Part shown: positions 1 to 9,211 of the stretch, in pieces
How the letters are laid out: each line of letters begins with the position of its first letter
Position numbering within the stretch: the stretch's first letter is position 1
Assembly: GCA_965203965.1 (NCBI GenBank)
Contig: CBDBDR010000017.1
Coordinates: forward strand, 704,001 to 768,000
DNA length: 64,000 nucleotides
Source of the DNA: Thermodesulfobacteriota bacterium
GTDB taxonomy: Bacteria > Desulfobacterota_D > UBA1144 > Nemesobacterales > JAJCZQ01
Direction of reading: 5' to 3'
Translations under genes and position numbers: made by a program
The notes under the pieces: generated by a model
Seen by the model: the letters and a program-made list of their open reading frames with translations, nothing else
The model's database searches: none
Told to the model about the DNA's origin: nothing

Positions 1-1188
1 CTGAATTCTTATGTGTCCTTCCGGCACTGAAAGATTTTGTATCAAATATTTCCTCGCGTCTTCTGAATGAATAAATCCGGACTGCCTTTGTTCTTTCCCC
101 GTTCTTTGAACTCTGACCAGAGCAATGGGGCGAATATAGCGACCCTCTTTTTGTTGTAGTTTTAGAGTCTCGCTTTCAATTTCCTTCAGTTTTTCCTGCG
201 TCTGCGTAAGGGTGTATTTCCAATCTGAATTGGGAAAACTGTGAATCTCTATCGGAAGTTTTATCATTTCTTCATCTTTAAGTTCCGTTCCGCCTATATT
301 GACAAGAATGTTGCTTATTTGAATTTTTGGAGTGGCGGAAAGTTCAAGCACAAAACGGGGATTTAGGCGATTGACCGATTTCACGAATTCCTTGTTACTT
401 TCATCATTTGTTCCATACGCCTTATGTGCTTCGTCTAAGATCACCGTTGGACGAATGAGTTTCAATGTGTTGATCAAACTGTGTTTTATCCAATCACCCT
501 TTTTGTTTTTTTCCAAATCGGGATGTTCTTCCGTAAGTTTGCTATTGGCTTTCAGATCATCCTGTTCAGGAAAGAAAGATGTATAACCACCACTATCGCG
601 GAAAATTTTGAGAAATTCTTTGCCTTTCTGCCTATTCGCAGAAGGAAGCATAAGCATCATTACGCATAGGTAACTTTCAACATCCTGTTTTGTAAATCTG
701 TCGTCTTTTTCAAGAAGTTTGACCTTGCCACCGGAAAGTCGCTCAAGCATTTCCCTGTACGGATGTTCGCGAGTCCTGAATGCCTTGATTGTCTGCTCGT
801 AAATTGCCTTTGTCGGCACAATCCACAAGACAAAACCCTTTTCCGCTTTCAGTCGTTCAAGAGAGGCAACACCTAAAAGTGTCTTACCTCCACCTGTCGG
901 CACTTTCATACAAACATGCGGAATTGGCTCACCTGATGTTGCAGTTCGGTTTATGTAATCAGGGATCTCAATATTTCCATCTTGTGTAACGCCGGGAAGA
1001 ACTCCTTGCTTTTTCAGATTTTGCCATGCGGAAGCGGGATAGTTTTTTAACTGTTCGGGAATATCATCAATTCCCGTATCCTGAAGGGCTTTAATTGCTT
1101 TTGCCAACTTCAAACGGGATTTCTTGAGTGCATCAATCCAGTGGTCTAACTGTTCAAGGGCAGTTTGTTGATAGATTTTAAGTTGCAT
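1..1188 (-). CDS. res: Type III restriction enzyme Res subunit (SF2 helicase-like), truncated at the window edge
   Basis: Not in the ORF track. Manual translation from ATG 1188 gives MQLKIYQQTALEQLDHW..., with Walker A VPTGGGKT, ILDEAH and ELSATP; open to position 1. The start overlaps the stop of the upstream HEPN ORF and has a GGCGGAG RBS. Confidence 0.92.
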   Translation of the reverse strand, partial: MQLKIYQQTALEQLDHWIDALKKSRLKLAKAIKALQDTGIDDIPEQLKNYPASAWQNLKKQGVLPGVTQDGNIEIPDYINRTATSGEPIPHVCMKVPTGGGKTLLGVASLERLKAEKGFVLWIVPTKAIYEQTIKAFRTREHPYREMLERLSGGKVKLLEKDDRFTKQDVESYLCVMMLMLPSANRQKGKEFLKIFRDSGGYTSFFPEQDDLKANSKLTEEHPDLEKNKKGDWIKHSLINTLKLIRPTVILDEAHKAYGTNDESNKEFVKSVNRLNPRFVLELSATPKIQISNILVNIGGTELKDEEMIKLPIEIHSFPNSDWKYTLTQTQEKLKEIESETLKLQQKEGRYIRPIALVRVQRTGKEQRQSGFIHSEDARKYLIQNLSVPEGHIRIQ

Positions 1189-2212
1189 CTCCGCCTACTA
1201 TTAAACTATTCCAATTGGGAAACTTTCCCTCTTTAATAACTCTTATTATTGCTTCACAGCACAAATTCTGGGCTTCTTCCATAAGAAAGATTTTTCTTCC
1301 TTCTATCTCAATAGCCATGGACTCTTCACTAATCTTTCCTTCGTGGACAGCCTTAGACCGAAAGTGATATATCTTTCTGCATAATTCCATCAAATATTTT
1401 CTATCTTCTGCGTTTTTCCCCAAATGCCACGCGGCACGAATAGCGAAAGAAAGTGATAGTGGCCCTCTATTTCCTACATCTAAATAGAGAGATTCAAACG
1501 CAACTCCTAAGTCAGCCATCTTTTCAGCCAATCCCTTGTTTGTCTTAGACTCTATCCACCTGTATATTGCCATAAGAATCCTCTCCTGAACCTTAGATTC
1601 AAGGCTAAAAACTGCTTTGTATAACTCTTTGGCTTGCTTCGCTTGATCTTCAGAAATAATATTAAATTGTGGTTCCGTTTTTATGGACGCGGGTTGATCT
1701 GGTATGAAAGGACTGTCATAACCAAACAAATCATCTGCGCCAAAATGATCCCATGTCAAAAAAGATTCAACAGCACTATCGGAGACTAAAGACAATACCA
1801 TACAAAGGTTATTGATATTCACCTCTTTGAATTCTTCATTCTTTACTTTTATCTGAAACGGAGAATCACTGGACAAGACATCATAAGGTTTAGAGAATGC
1901 AGGACATACATGATAGTCTATAATCAATGGCGTTTTTCCAACAAAAAGACTTCTTGGGCCTAATTCATAAATAGAACTAATAAAAACCCCACAAAATGGA
2001 TAATATTCAATATCTCCTATTGAATTAGATAGAGGAATAAGTTTGATTCCATCAGATATCTGTATTTCACGCTCAACTTTCAGGCCATTAAGTGCCGACA
2101 TTTTTTGAAAATTAACTTGATTCTCTCTAACGGTGCTTTCAAAAACATCAACAGCTCTTGAAACTCCCCAAATTATGGAAATTCTGAACAATGATTGGAC
2201 AAATTTCTTCAA
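1178..2212 (-). CDS. ApeA-like HEPN domain protein, C-terminal part of a frameshifted gene (full span 1178-2502)
   Basis: C-terminal ...DLGVAFESLY...RAAWHLG...RKIYHFRSKAVHEG carries the HEPN RxxxxH motif. The frame is open upstream to ~2300 with no ATG. Confidence 0.75.
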   Translation of the reverse strand: MKKFVQSLFRISIIWGVSRAVDVFESTVRENQVNFQKMSALNGLKVEREIQISDGIKLIPLSNSIGDIEYYPFCGVFISSIYELGPRSLFVGKTPLIIDYHVCPAFSKPYDVLSSDSPFQIKVKNEEFKEVNINNLCMVLSLVSDSAVESFLTWDHFGADDLFGYDSPFIPDQPASIKTEPQFNIISEDQAKQAKELYKAVFSLESKVQERILMAIYRWIESKTNKGLAEKMADLGVAFESLYLDVGNRGPLSLSFAIRAAWHLGKNAEDRKYLMELCRKIYHFRSKAVHEGKISEESMAIEIEGRKIFLMEEAQNLCCEAIIRVIKEGKFPNWNSLIVGGDAT

Positions 2213-2286
2213 TATGAATGGTGTAGCGTTACCTCCCCGTATTTCATAAATGTATGAAGCTATACGATCTTCCTGTATGTATTCAG

Positions 2287-2502
2287 CTAGTTCAATCCTA
2301 AAAAATCGAGGATTTGAGACTCTATGGAGCTATCTGGAATGCTAATAGAAAACCCTAATCTGCGGAAATCTTGATTCTTTGAATGGAAAAACTCCTTATA
2401 CTTTTCACAAGTAATGTCTCCTATAAGGGGAGCTTCTATCTTTATAATTTTTAGAGATTTCTCTAAAAGTTCCATGAGTTCTTGTTTTCTTCTTTCTTCC
2501 AT
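2287..2502 (-). CDS. N-terminal 71-aa segment of the HEPN gene (zero frame, before the slippery site)
   Basis: ATG lies 6 nt after the mod stop. A -1 shift at GAT TTT TTA GG (2297-2307) joins it to the 1178-2212 frame. Confidence 0.65.
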   Translation of the reverse strand: MEERRKQELMELLEKSLKIIKIEAPLIGDITCEKYKEFFHSKNQDFRRLGFSISIPDSSIESQILDFLGLN

Positions 2503-2508
2503 TGAACT

Positions 2509-4173
2509 TCAATTGGTTTTCATCTGATAGGACATTTGGCAAAACACTATCCCCATCTCCGTCAACTCTTTCTGTCCCATAAACTTGTGAGTGGCAAACA
2601 CGATCGCTGTTTTGTTCTTTTTCTTTGCTTCTTTTGCGATGCGTTCGGCACGTTCGCTGTTTAGGGCGGATTCACTACTACGCAAGAAGGCAAGTTTTGG
2701 TTCGTAAATCAGATAGTACATTCTGTCTTTTGTTTCATGGAACAAGCCGTCTTTGCCTTTTGCTTTGCGGATTTTATCTGCCGATTGTCCGGTTGCTGTC
2801 CAGTAGATGTGGCGGGCTAATGTTTCATAGTCCGGGAAGTTTTTGCCGGTGAGCATTTTTTCAATACTCATTTCATCACCCAAAGTGCAATAGGTAAAAC
2901 TTCCACCAAGCCCCTTTTTCAGATTTTCATCTTTTGCTTTCGGAACACCTTTTATCACGCGACGGACGCGCTCGGCGGTGATCTTGTTGGCATAGTCTTC
3001 ACATTCCACAAGAATAAACTTGCGGTTGCCACCGTCTTCTTTGTTGAGAGCAAGGACAGCATGGGCGGTTGTGCCGGAACCGGCAAAGGAATCTAAAATA
3101 ATAGCATTTTTATTTTTGCTACAAGAAAAACGAACTATACGTCTGATTAAATCAGTAGATTTAGGATTCTCAAAAATCTTTTTACCAAAAAGTTTTGTCA
3201 CTTGGTTGTTTCCATTAGGCTTTAAATCGCTCCACAGATTGCTCAAATACTTAGCGTCTGATGGTGGTACATAGTGTTCTGGTTTCTTAGTAGATGATAA
3301 ACGTAACAAATCAATATCCGGATCATCCTGAGAAATGTACCAATTATCAATTTCATCTTGGCTAATCATGCTTTTTGGTTTGTCAATTTCTCTAAGCATT
3401 TTTTTATAATTATCGATAGCGACAATGCTACGCTTTCTGCTCCATCTCCATTGCCCACTCTCCGGCGTTATATCAAAAATTTTGTAACGCATCGTTGGTC
3501 TGTTTGTTCCTCGCCAGTGATTATTCCAGAATCCACCTTCTGTTTCTTCTAGTAATTCAGTCAGATGGTCAAATTTAAAGTTAATATCCTTGCTATAAGT
3601 TAAAACATATTCACATCCAAAATTTAATCTGTCGATTTTTTCAAACTGCCTTTGTACGCTTTTTACACCGCGCCGAATAACTATAAGATTTCGATAATTC
3701 TCTCCTCCAAAAATCTCATCCATCACCATCCGCAAGCGGTGTTGTTCATTGTCATCAATAGAAACAAAAATAACCCCATCCTCTGCCAACAATTCCCTCA
3801 GCAACTGCAATCTTGGCCACATCATACAAAGCCACTTGTCGTGTCGCTCAAGATCTTCACCATCCACCGGGTTTTTGTCCTTTAACCACTCCTTCATCAT
3901 CGGACTGTTTACGTTGTCGTTATAGACCCATCTTTCATTGCCAGTGTTGTAAGGCGGATCAATGTAAATACAGTTCACCTTTCCCGCGTAACGCGGCAAC
4001 AACGCCTTGAGTGCGTGCAGATTGTCGCCATGGATGATGAGATTATTGTCGAGAGACGGTTTTTCCCCTTTCGGTGAGAGGGATTTTTCTGCGTCTACCT
4101 CGATCGTCCTTGATGGGACGGTCAGGTGGTGAGCGTAAACGAGTTGCTTTCCTTTGAACTCAAGTGTCGGCAT
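2509..4173 (-). CDS. mod: Type III R-M system DNA methyltransferase (Mod)
   Basis: IHGDNL, YIDPPYNTG (motif IV), LDSFAGSGTT (motif I) in beta-class order with a central TRD; upstream of res. Confidence 0.93.
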   Translation of the reverse strand: MPTLEFKGKQLVYAHHLTVPSRTIEVDAEKSLSPKGEKPSLDNNLIIHGDNLHALKALLPRYAGKVNCIYIDPPYNTGNERWVYNDNVNSPMMKEWLKDKNPVDGEDLERHDKWLCMMWPRLQLLRELLAEDGVIFVSIDDNEQHRLRMVMDEIFGGENYRNLIVIRRGVKSVQRQFEKIDRLNFGCEYVLTYSKDINFKFDHLTELLEETEGGFWNNHWRGTNRPTMRYKIFDITPESGQWRWSRKRSIVAIDNYKKMLREIDKPKSMISQDEIDNWYISQDDPDIDLLRLSSTKKPEHYVPPSDAKYLSNLWSDLKPNGNNQVTKLFGKKIFENPKSTDLIRRIVRFSCSKNKNAIILDSFAGSGTTAHAVLALNKEDGGNRKFILVECEDYANKITAERVRRVIKGVPKAKDENLKKGLGGSFTYCTLGDEMSIEKMLTGKNFPDYETLARHIYWTATGQSADKIRKAKGKDGLFHETKDRMYYLIYEPKLAFLRSSESALNSERAERIAKEAKKKNKTAIVFATHKFMGQKELTEMGIVFCQMSYQMKTN

Positions 4174-4297
4174 TGTAGGCGGATATTATACATCAATCGT
4201 CCTGCAAGATAACATGATACCTCTTCAAACTGAATGAACCGTCTTTTTCATAAATACCTCATTTAACCAAGTCAGCATGCTATGATTATAGGTTGAT

Positions 4298-4843
4298 ATG
4301 AGGGTTCAAACCGGAACGGCAAAGGGTAGAAAACTGAAATTTCCCAAAGATGGAAAAGTCAGACCAACCACCGGCAGAGTTAAAAAATCCATATTTGACA
4401 GACTCGGTGATCTGGACGGGATCAAGGTGCTTGATCTGTTTTCGGGATCAGGCAGTTTGGGCATTGAGGCTTTAAGCAAGAACGCGTCCGAAGCTACTTT
4501 CGTTGAAAAACAAAGAGTTACAGTAAGGATACTGAGGGAAAACATCAAAAACTGCGGATTTGAAAAACTGAGTGAAATTATTGATGATGATTTCAGCAAA
4601 GCCATTGAAAAACTGGTAAAAAAAAACAGAAAATTTGATCTGGTATTTATTGACCCTCCATACGAACTTTATAACAATTTAAACATCACTGATATAATTG
4701 GCTCCATAAACAGACTGCTGAACAACAATGGAACAGTAGTTGTGGAACATAACAAACCTTTTGAATTTTCAGATCCAAGATTTACTCTTGACACGAAAAA
4801 CTATGGCGGGACAAACATCACCTTTTTTAAGAACATGGGATAA
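4298..4843 (+). CDS. rsmD: 16S rRNA (guanine966-N2)-methyltransferase
   Basis: MRVQTGTAKGRKL...RPT...LDLFSGSGSLGIEALS...FIDPPY; near coaD. Confidence 0.93.
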   Translation: MRVQTGTAKGRKLKFPKDGKVRPTTGRVKKSIFDRLGDLDGIKVLDLFSGSGSLGIEALSKNASEATFVEKQRVTVRILRENIKNCGFEKLSEIIDDDFSKAIEKLVKKNRKFDLVFIDPPYELYNNLNITDIIGSINRLLNNNGTVVVEHNKPFEFSDPRFTLDTKNYGGTNITFFKNMG

Positions 4844-4860
4844 AGAAGTTATGAATCACA

Positions 4861-6129
4861 ATGTCAGAAACCAAATTTAATCTCCTACCCAATATCCAAT
4901 TCATCTACGAGTTGCATCTTGCAGAATTAGAATTAAGATCGCTCCTACCAAAGATGTATATAGAAAAACTACCGGACCTTCGTTCTTTTCAAATTCAACC
5001 TATATATACACCAAGTAATGAAACAAGAAAAATATCAGAATCAATAAAAGATATAGAGGTTATGAGTAATATGCTTAAACAATCAGCATATGTTGGTGAA
5101 GTTTCATATATAGGTGAAGTAGATACTATAACATCTGACTATGCACAACTCATAAAATACAATGTAACTCGTGCTTTTAATCAATACATTACTCACTGGT
5201 TTTATCCGTATAAAGGTAAGTATCATCCTCAAATGGTTCGCTCTCTTGCAAATATAATAGGTCTTCAACCAGGAGATACATTGCTTGATCCATTTATCGG
5301 AAGTGGAACAACTGCTGTGGAAGGGTCTCTGTTAAACTTAGAAGTAATTGGATTTGATGTATCGCCTTTGTGTGTTCTGATAAGTAATGTTAAAACTAAT
5401 TCCATTCATCATTTTGAAAAAATAAAACGACATTATCTAAAGGATGTCCTCTTTCAAAACCATAGGAACAAAGATTATGGGAAAAACAATAACCATAATA
5501 TAACCGAATGTTTGGATGATCCCGTTGAAAGTTTTGGCTTATTGGCAAAGATGATAGCAACCAGTGATGCTACCAGACGCAAACGGGATTTTGATAAAAT
5601 GCTTGTTAAAAATGAAAATAAAATGCTTGAGAGTGTTCAACTTATGAAAGATGGTTGTGAAGAAATAAGCATTTCACCTACACCCGCTTATATTAAAGTA
5701 GGAGATGCACGACACCTACCTATGTTCGATGAAAGTGTGGACGGTATTATAACATCACCACCTTATTCCATTGCACTTGACTATGTAGAAAATGATGCCC
5801 ATTCTCTTGAATCTCTTGGATATGATTTGAAAAAGATCAGAGAGGAATTTGTGGGTGTTAGAGGTAAGGGTAAAGAAAAGATTGAACTTTACGAACAGGA
5901 TATGGTTCAAGCGTATACGGAAATGGCACGTGTTTTGAAGCCCTCTGGGAAAATAGCAATAGTTATAGGAGACGCCACTGTTAATGGAAGTAAGATAAAT
6001 ACTACTCAAAATTGTATAGACGTGTTTGATAAACTTGGATTTAAGTTAGTTCATAATGTGAATAAGTTAATTTATGGTTTGTATAATGTTATGCAACAAG
6101 AGTCTATATTGGTATTTGAGAGAGGATAG
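4861..6129 (+). CDS. Site-specific DNA methyltransferase (N4-C/N6-A type, SPPY)
   Basis: THWFYPYKGKYHPQMVR, DPFIGSGTT and ITSPPY motifs. Confidence 0.85.
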   Translation: MSETKFNLLPNIQFIYELHLAELELRSLLPKMYIEKLPDLRSFQIQPIYTPSNETRKISESIKDIEVMSNMLKQSAYVGEVSYIGEVDTITSDYAQLIKYNVTRAFNQYITHWFYPYKGKYHPQMVRSLANIIGLQPGDTLLDPFIGSGTTAVEGSLLNLEVIGFDVSPLCVLISNVKTNSIHHFEKIKRHYLKDVLFQNHRNKDYGKNNNHNITECLDDPVESFGLLAKMIATSDATRRKRDFDKMLVKNENKMLESVQLMKDGCEEISISPTPAYIKVGDARHLPMFDESVDGIITSPPYSIALDYVENDAHSLESLGYDLKKIREEFVGVRGKGKEKIELYEQDMVQAYTEMARVLKPSGKIAIVIGDATVNGSKINTTQNCIDVFDKLGFKLVHNVNKLIYGLYNVMQQESILVFERG

Positions 6130-6136
6130 GGGAAAA

Positions 6137-6278
6137 ATGAAGCATGAAGAAATAGAGAAAAGACAACTTGAACAACTTGAAGAAGAAATTTCAGTTAATT
6201 GCTGATCTTCCATATACAATTTATACTAATACTGAAAGAGAAATAGTAATTACCTCAACGATATTCATCTACCTATGA
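6137..6278 (+). pseudogene. Possible decayed restriction endonuclease remnant
   Basis: ATG 7 nt after the MTase stop gives MKHEEIEKRQLEQLEEEISVNC*; an overlapping frame gives KFQLIADLPYTIYTNTEREIVITSTIFIYL*. Tandem ACAACTTGA repeat near the junction. Confidence 0.3.
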
Positions 6279-6327
6279 ATAGAAAATTATAGACAGACAG
6301 CCTAAATAAGGAATAATTTCTGAATTA

Positions 6328-6807
6328 ATGGGAAAAACCGTAATTTACCCGGGTTCTTTTGACCCCTTTACTCTTGGACATCTGAATATTATAGAAAGAG
6401 CATCGGGGATATTTGAAAAAATCGTGATCGCAGTTGCGCGCAATGTATCTAAAAAAACCACCTTCACCACTGATGAAAGAGTTGGGATAATAAAAGAGAT
6501 ATTCAAAGACCAACAAAATATTGAAGTGGACAGCTTTGAAGGTTTACTGGTTGAATACGTGGAAAAAGTGGGAAACAGAATCGTTTTAAGGGGTATGAGA
6601 TCAGTGTCGGATTTTGAGTATGAAATGCAGATGGCAAATGCAAACAAAACACTGAACCCAGGAATTGAAACCGTGTTCATGGTAACTGACAGCAAATTTT
6701 CTCATATAAGTTCTTCACTTATCAGAGAGATCATAACACTAGGGGGGTCTGCCAAACAACTGGTGCCTGACATTGTAGAAACAAAACTAAAAGAAAAACT
6801 TCAATAG
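6328..6807 (+). CDS. coaD: Pantetheine-phosphate adenylyltransferase
   Basis: IYPGSFDPFTLGHLNII, RGMRSVSDFEYE, ISSSLIRE. Confidence 0.97.
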   Translation: MGKTVIYPGSFDPFTLGHLNIIERASGIFEKIVIAVARNVSKKTTFTTDERVGIIKEIFKDQQNIEVDSFEGLLVEYVEKVGNRIVLRGMRSVSDFEYEMQMANANKTLNPGIETVFMVTDSKFSHISSSLIREIITLGGSAKQLVPDIVETKLKEKLQ

Positions 6808-6823
6808 AGCAAGGAGAGTAAAA

Positions 6824-8020
6824 TTGAGACTTTCAAAACGAGTTATGGGACTTAAACCATCTGCAACACTTTCCACGACGGCAAAAGTGCAAACGATGAG
6901 AGCTCAGGGGATAGACATTATTGGATTTGGTGCCGGAGAGCCTGACTTTGACACTCCTCACAATATAAAAGAAGAAGCGATCAGAGCTATTCAGAACGGG
7001 TTTACAAAATATACGGCAGTCGGAGGTATTGACGAGTTAAAAGAGGCAATTATTAACTTCTTAAAGCAAAACCACGGGCTTGAATACAAAAAAGAGGAAA
7101 TTATAGTATCATGCGGCGCCAAGCAGGTGCTGTATAACCTTGCACAAGCACTGTTTGAAAAAGGCGATGAGGTAATTATTCCATCACCCTACTGGGTTTC
7201 CTACCCGGATCAAATAATTCTTACCGGTGCCAAACCAGTAATTTTGGAAACTTCCATAGATAACAAATTCAAGATCAAGACGGAGGAGTTGCAAAGAGCT
7301 ATAAACGAAAATACAAAAGCACTTATCCTAAACTATCCCAACAACCCCACTGGATCCACTTATGATGAGAACGAGCTCAGAGCTATCTGTGATATATGTC
7401 TTGAGAACGACCTTATTATGATCTCCGATGAAATTTATGAAAAGATAGTTTACGGAGAAGATACAAAACACACCCCAGTTGCCACGCTTAGCAAAAAGGC
7501 AAAAGCCTCTACAATACTTGTAAATGGAGTTTCAAAATCACATTCCATGACTGGGTGGCGCATCGGTTATGCAGCAGGGGATAAAAACGTTATATCGGCA
7601 ATGTCAAAATTACAAGGACAGTCAACTTCCAACCCTACCTCAATTTCACAAGTAGCTGCAGTTGAAGCACTTAACGGCTCTCAAAAGGTCGTAGCCGACA
7701 GAACCAAAGAGTTTCAACGCCGAAAGAACTATATTGTAACGCGGCTTAACAACATGGAGGGGTTTCAATGCTTTGACCCTCTCGGTGCATTTTACGTTTT
7801 TCCAGATATAGAAGGTTTTATAGGCAAAAAACACGGAGAAAAGACAATTTCCAATTCAATAGATTTTACAGAATTTCTACTTGAGGCAGCCAAAGTTGCA
7901 GTGGTGCCCGGGATAGCATTTGGAAAAGAAAACTTTGTGAGAATATCTTATGCAACTTCAATGAAAAACATTGAAGAAGGTATGGACAGAATAGAGCAAG
8001 CAGTCGCCTTGCTTTCATAA
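6824..8020 (+). CDS. aspC: PLP-dependent class I aminotransferase (aspartate aminotransferase)
   Basis: GAGEPDF, NYPNNPTG, SDEIYE, SKSHSMTGWRIG. Confidence 0.9.
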   Translation: MRLSKRVMGLKPSATLSTTAKVQTMRAQGIDIIGFGAGEPDFDTPHNIKEEAIRAIQNGFTKYTAVGGIDELKEAIINFLKQNHGLEYKKEEIIVSCGAKQVLYNLAQALFEKGDEVIIPSPYWVSYPDQIILTGAKPVILETSIDNKFKIKTEELQRAINENTKALILNYPNNPTGSTYDENELRAICDICLENDLIMISDEIYEKIVYGEDTKHTPVATLSKKAKASTILVNGVSKSHSMTGWRIGYAAGDKNVISAMSKLQGQSTSNPTSISQVAAVEALNGSQKVVADRTKEFQRRKNYIVTRLNNMEGFQCFDPLGAFYVFPDIEGFIGKKHGEKTISNSIDFTEFLLEAAKVAVVPGIAFGKENFVRISYATSMKNIEEGMDRIEQAVALLS

Positions 8021-8021
8021 A

Positions 8022-9140
8022 ATGAAAAAAATTCAGGTTGGCTTACCTGTAACCTTATCTGGTAAATACAGCACACAGGGGAAGGAATCTTTTAATGGCT
8101 TGGGCTTGTGGGTAGAAAAGGTAAACAGTTACGGTGGCATATTAGTCGGAAAATCCCAAAAAAAGGTACCGGTGGAGCTAATATACCATGATGATAAAAG
8201 CAACCCCGAAAACACTCGAAAGATCACCAAAAAGCTGATCCTTGAAGACAAAGTTGATATACTTCTCGGACCATATTCAAGCACCCTAACGGTTGCCTCA
8301 GCCGAAACTACCGATCTTTACAACAGAGTGCTTTGGAACTATGGAGGTTCATCGGATGAGGTAACGTGCGGCAGGTTCAAAAAAATTGTTTCAACAATAA
8401 CACCTGCAAGTGGTTATTTTGAACCGTTCCTATATTTCATAAAAGAACGGGAGAAAAATATCAAACCGGTAGCAATCGCTTTTGCGAAAGACAGTGGTTT
8501 TTCAACCGAAGGCGCAAAAGGTGCAATGAGTATTTGTGAGCAACTTGGAATAAGCTATAAACTTTTTAAGTACAAAAGTGGAAAAGAAAATTTCATTGAT
8601 ATTGCAAGGCAACTCAGGTTGGAAGGGATTAAATATGTGTTGGGTGTGGGACGTTTTGAGGACGATCTAAACCTTGCAAAGCATCTCAAAGGATTTTGCT
8701 CATGCCTTGTAGCCGCGGGAATTGAAGAGTTTAAAAACCGTATGCAAAAAAAAGCCGAAGGTTTTTTTTCAGTTACCCAGTGGGAACCAATCGTTGAGCA
8801 TAATATAGATTTCGGCGTAACCTCAAAACAGTTTGCCGACCTGTATCAAAAGAAATTTAAGAAAATTCCCGATTACGTTTCCGCACAGTCATTTAACATG
8901 GGGATCATTCTGGAAAAATTCATAGAAGAAACAAACTCAACTGATGAACAGGTATTGATGGATAAGATAACTAATTCCAACTTCTGCACGTTTTATGGCA
9001 ATTTTGAAATTGATCAGAAATCTGGTTTGCAGGTCGGCCATAAAACTCTGCTAATCCAGTGGCAAAATGGAAAGAAAGAGATCGTATGCCCAGTTGGTCA
9101 ACGGACTGCGAGGGCAGTTTTCACTATTAACGAGAATTGA
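8022..9140 (+). CDS. LivK/LivJ-like (periplasmic binding protein type 1 fold) ligand-binding protein, no signal peptide
   Basis: IQVGLPVTLSGKYS...VNSYGGI...VELIYHDDKSNPE...LLGPYSS...QWQNGK, typical of branched-chain amino acid SBPs. Confidence 0.85.
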   Translation: MKKIQVGLPVTLSGKYSTQGKESFNGLGLWVEKVNSYGGILVGKSQKKVPVELIYHDDKSNPENTRKITKKLILEDKVDILLGPYSSTLTVASAETTDLYNRVLWNYGGSSDEVTCGRFKKIVSTITPASGYFEPFLYFIKEREKNIKPVAIAFAKDSGFSTEGAKGAMSICEQLGISYKLFKYKSGKENFIDIARQLRLEGIKYVLGVGRFEDDLNLAKHLKGFCSCLVAAGIEEFKNRMQKKAEGFFSVTQWEPIVEHNIDFGVTSKQFADLYQKKFKKIPDYVSAQSFNMGIILEKFIEETNSTDEQVLMDKITNSNFCTFYGNFEIDQKSGLQVGHKTLLIQWQNGKKEIVCPVGQRTARAVFTINEN

Positions 9141-9164
9141 CGAGTGGTATCGTAATGGTATCAT
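9137..9164 (+). promoter_or_regulatory. Putative sigma70 promoter of hicAB with TGGTATC direct-repeat operator
   Basis: TTGACG (9137-9142), 16 nt spacer, TGnTATCAT (-10 at 9159-9164). TGGTATC occurs at 9145-9151 and 9156-9162. Confidence 0.5.
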
Positions 9165-9211
9165 TTATACAAAATTAGGAGGTCAAGTAATAATGAGGAG
9201 ACTGCAAATAT

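Noticed and set aside
332..989. Short plus-strand ORFs (332-586, 481-669, 789-989) and the many similar short ORFs across the window
   Set aside because: They lie antisense to, or out of frame within, well-supported genes (here res) and have no motifs.
2287..2289. TAG read-through or pyrrolysine in the HEPN gene
   Set aside because: The downstream ORF is in a different frame, so read-through would not join the two parts.
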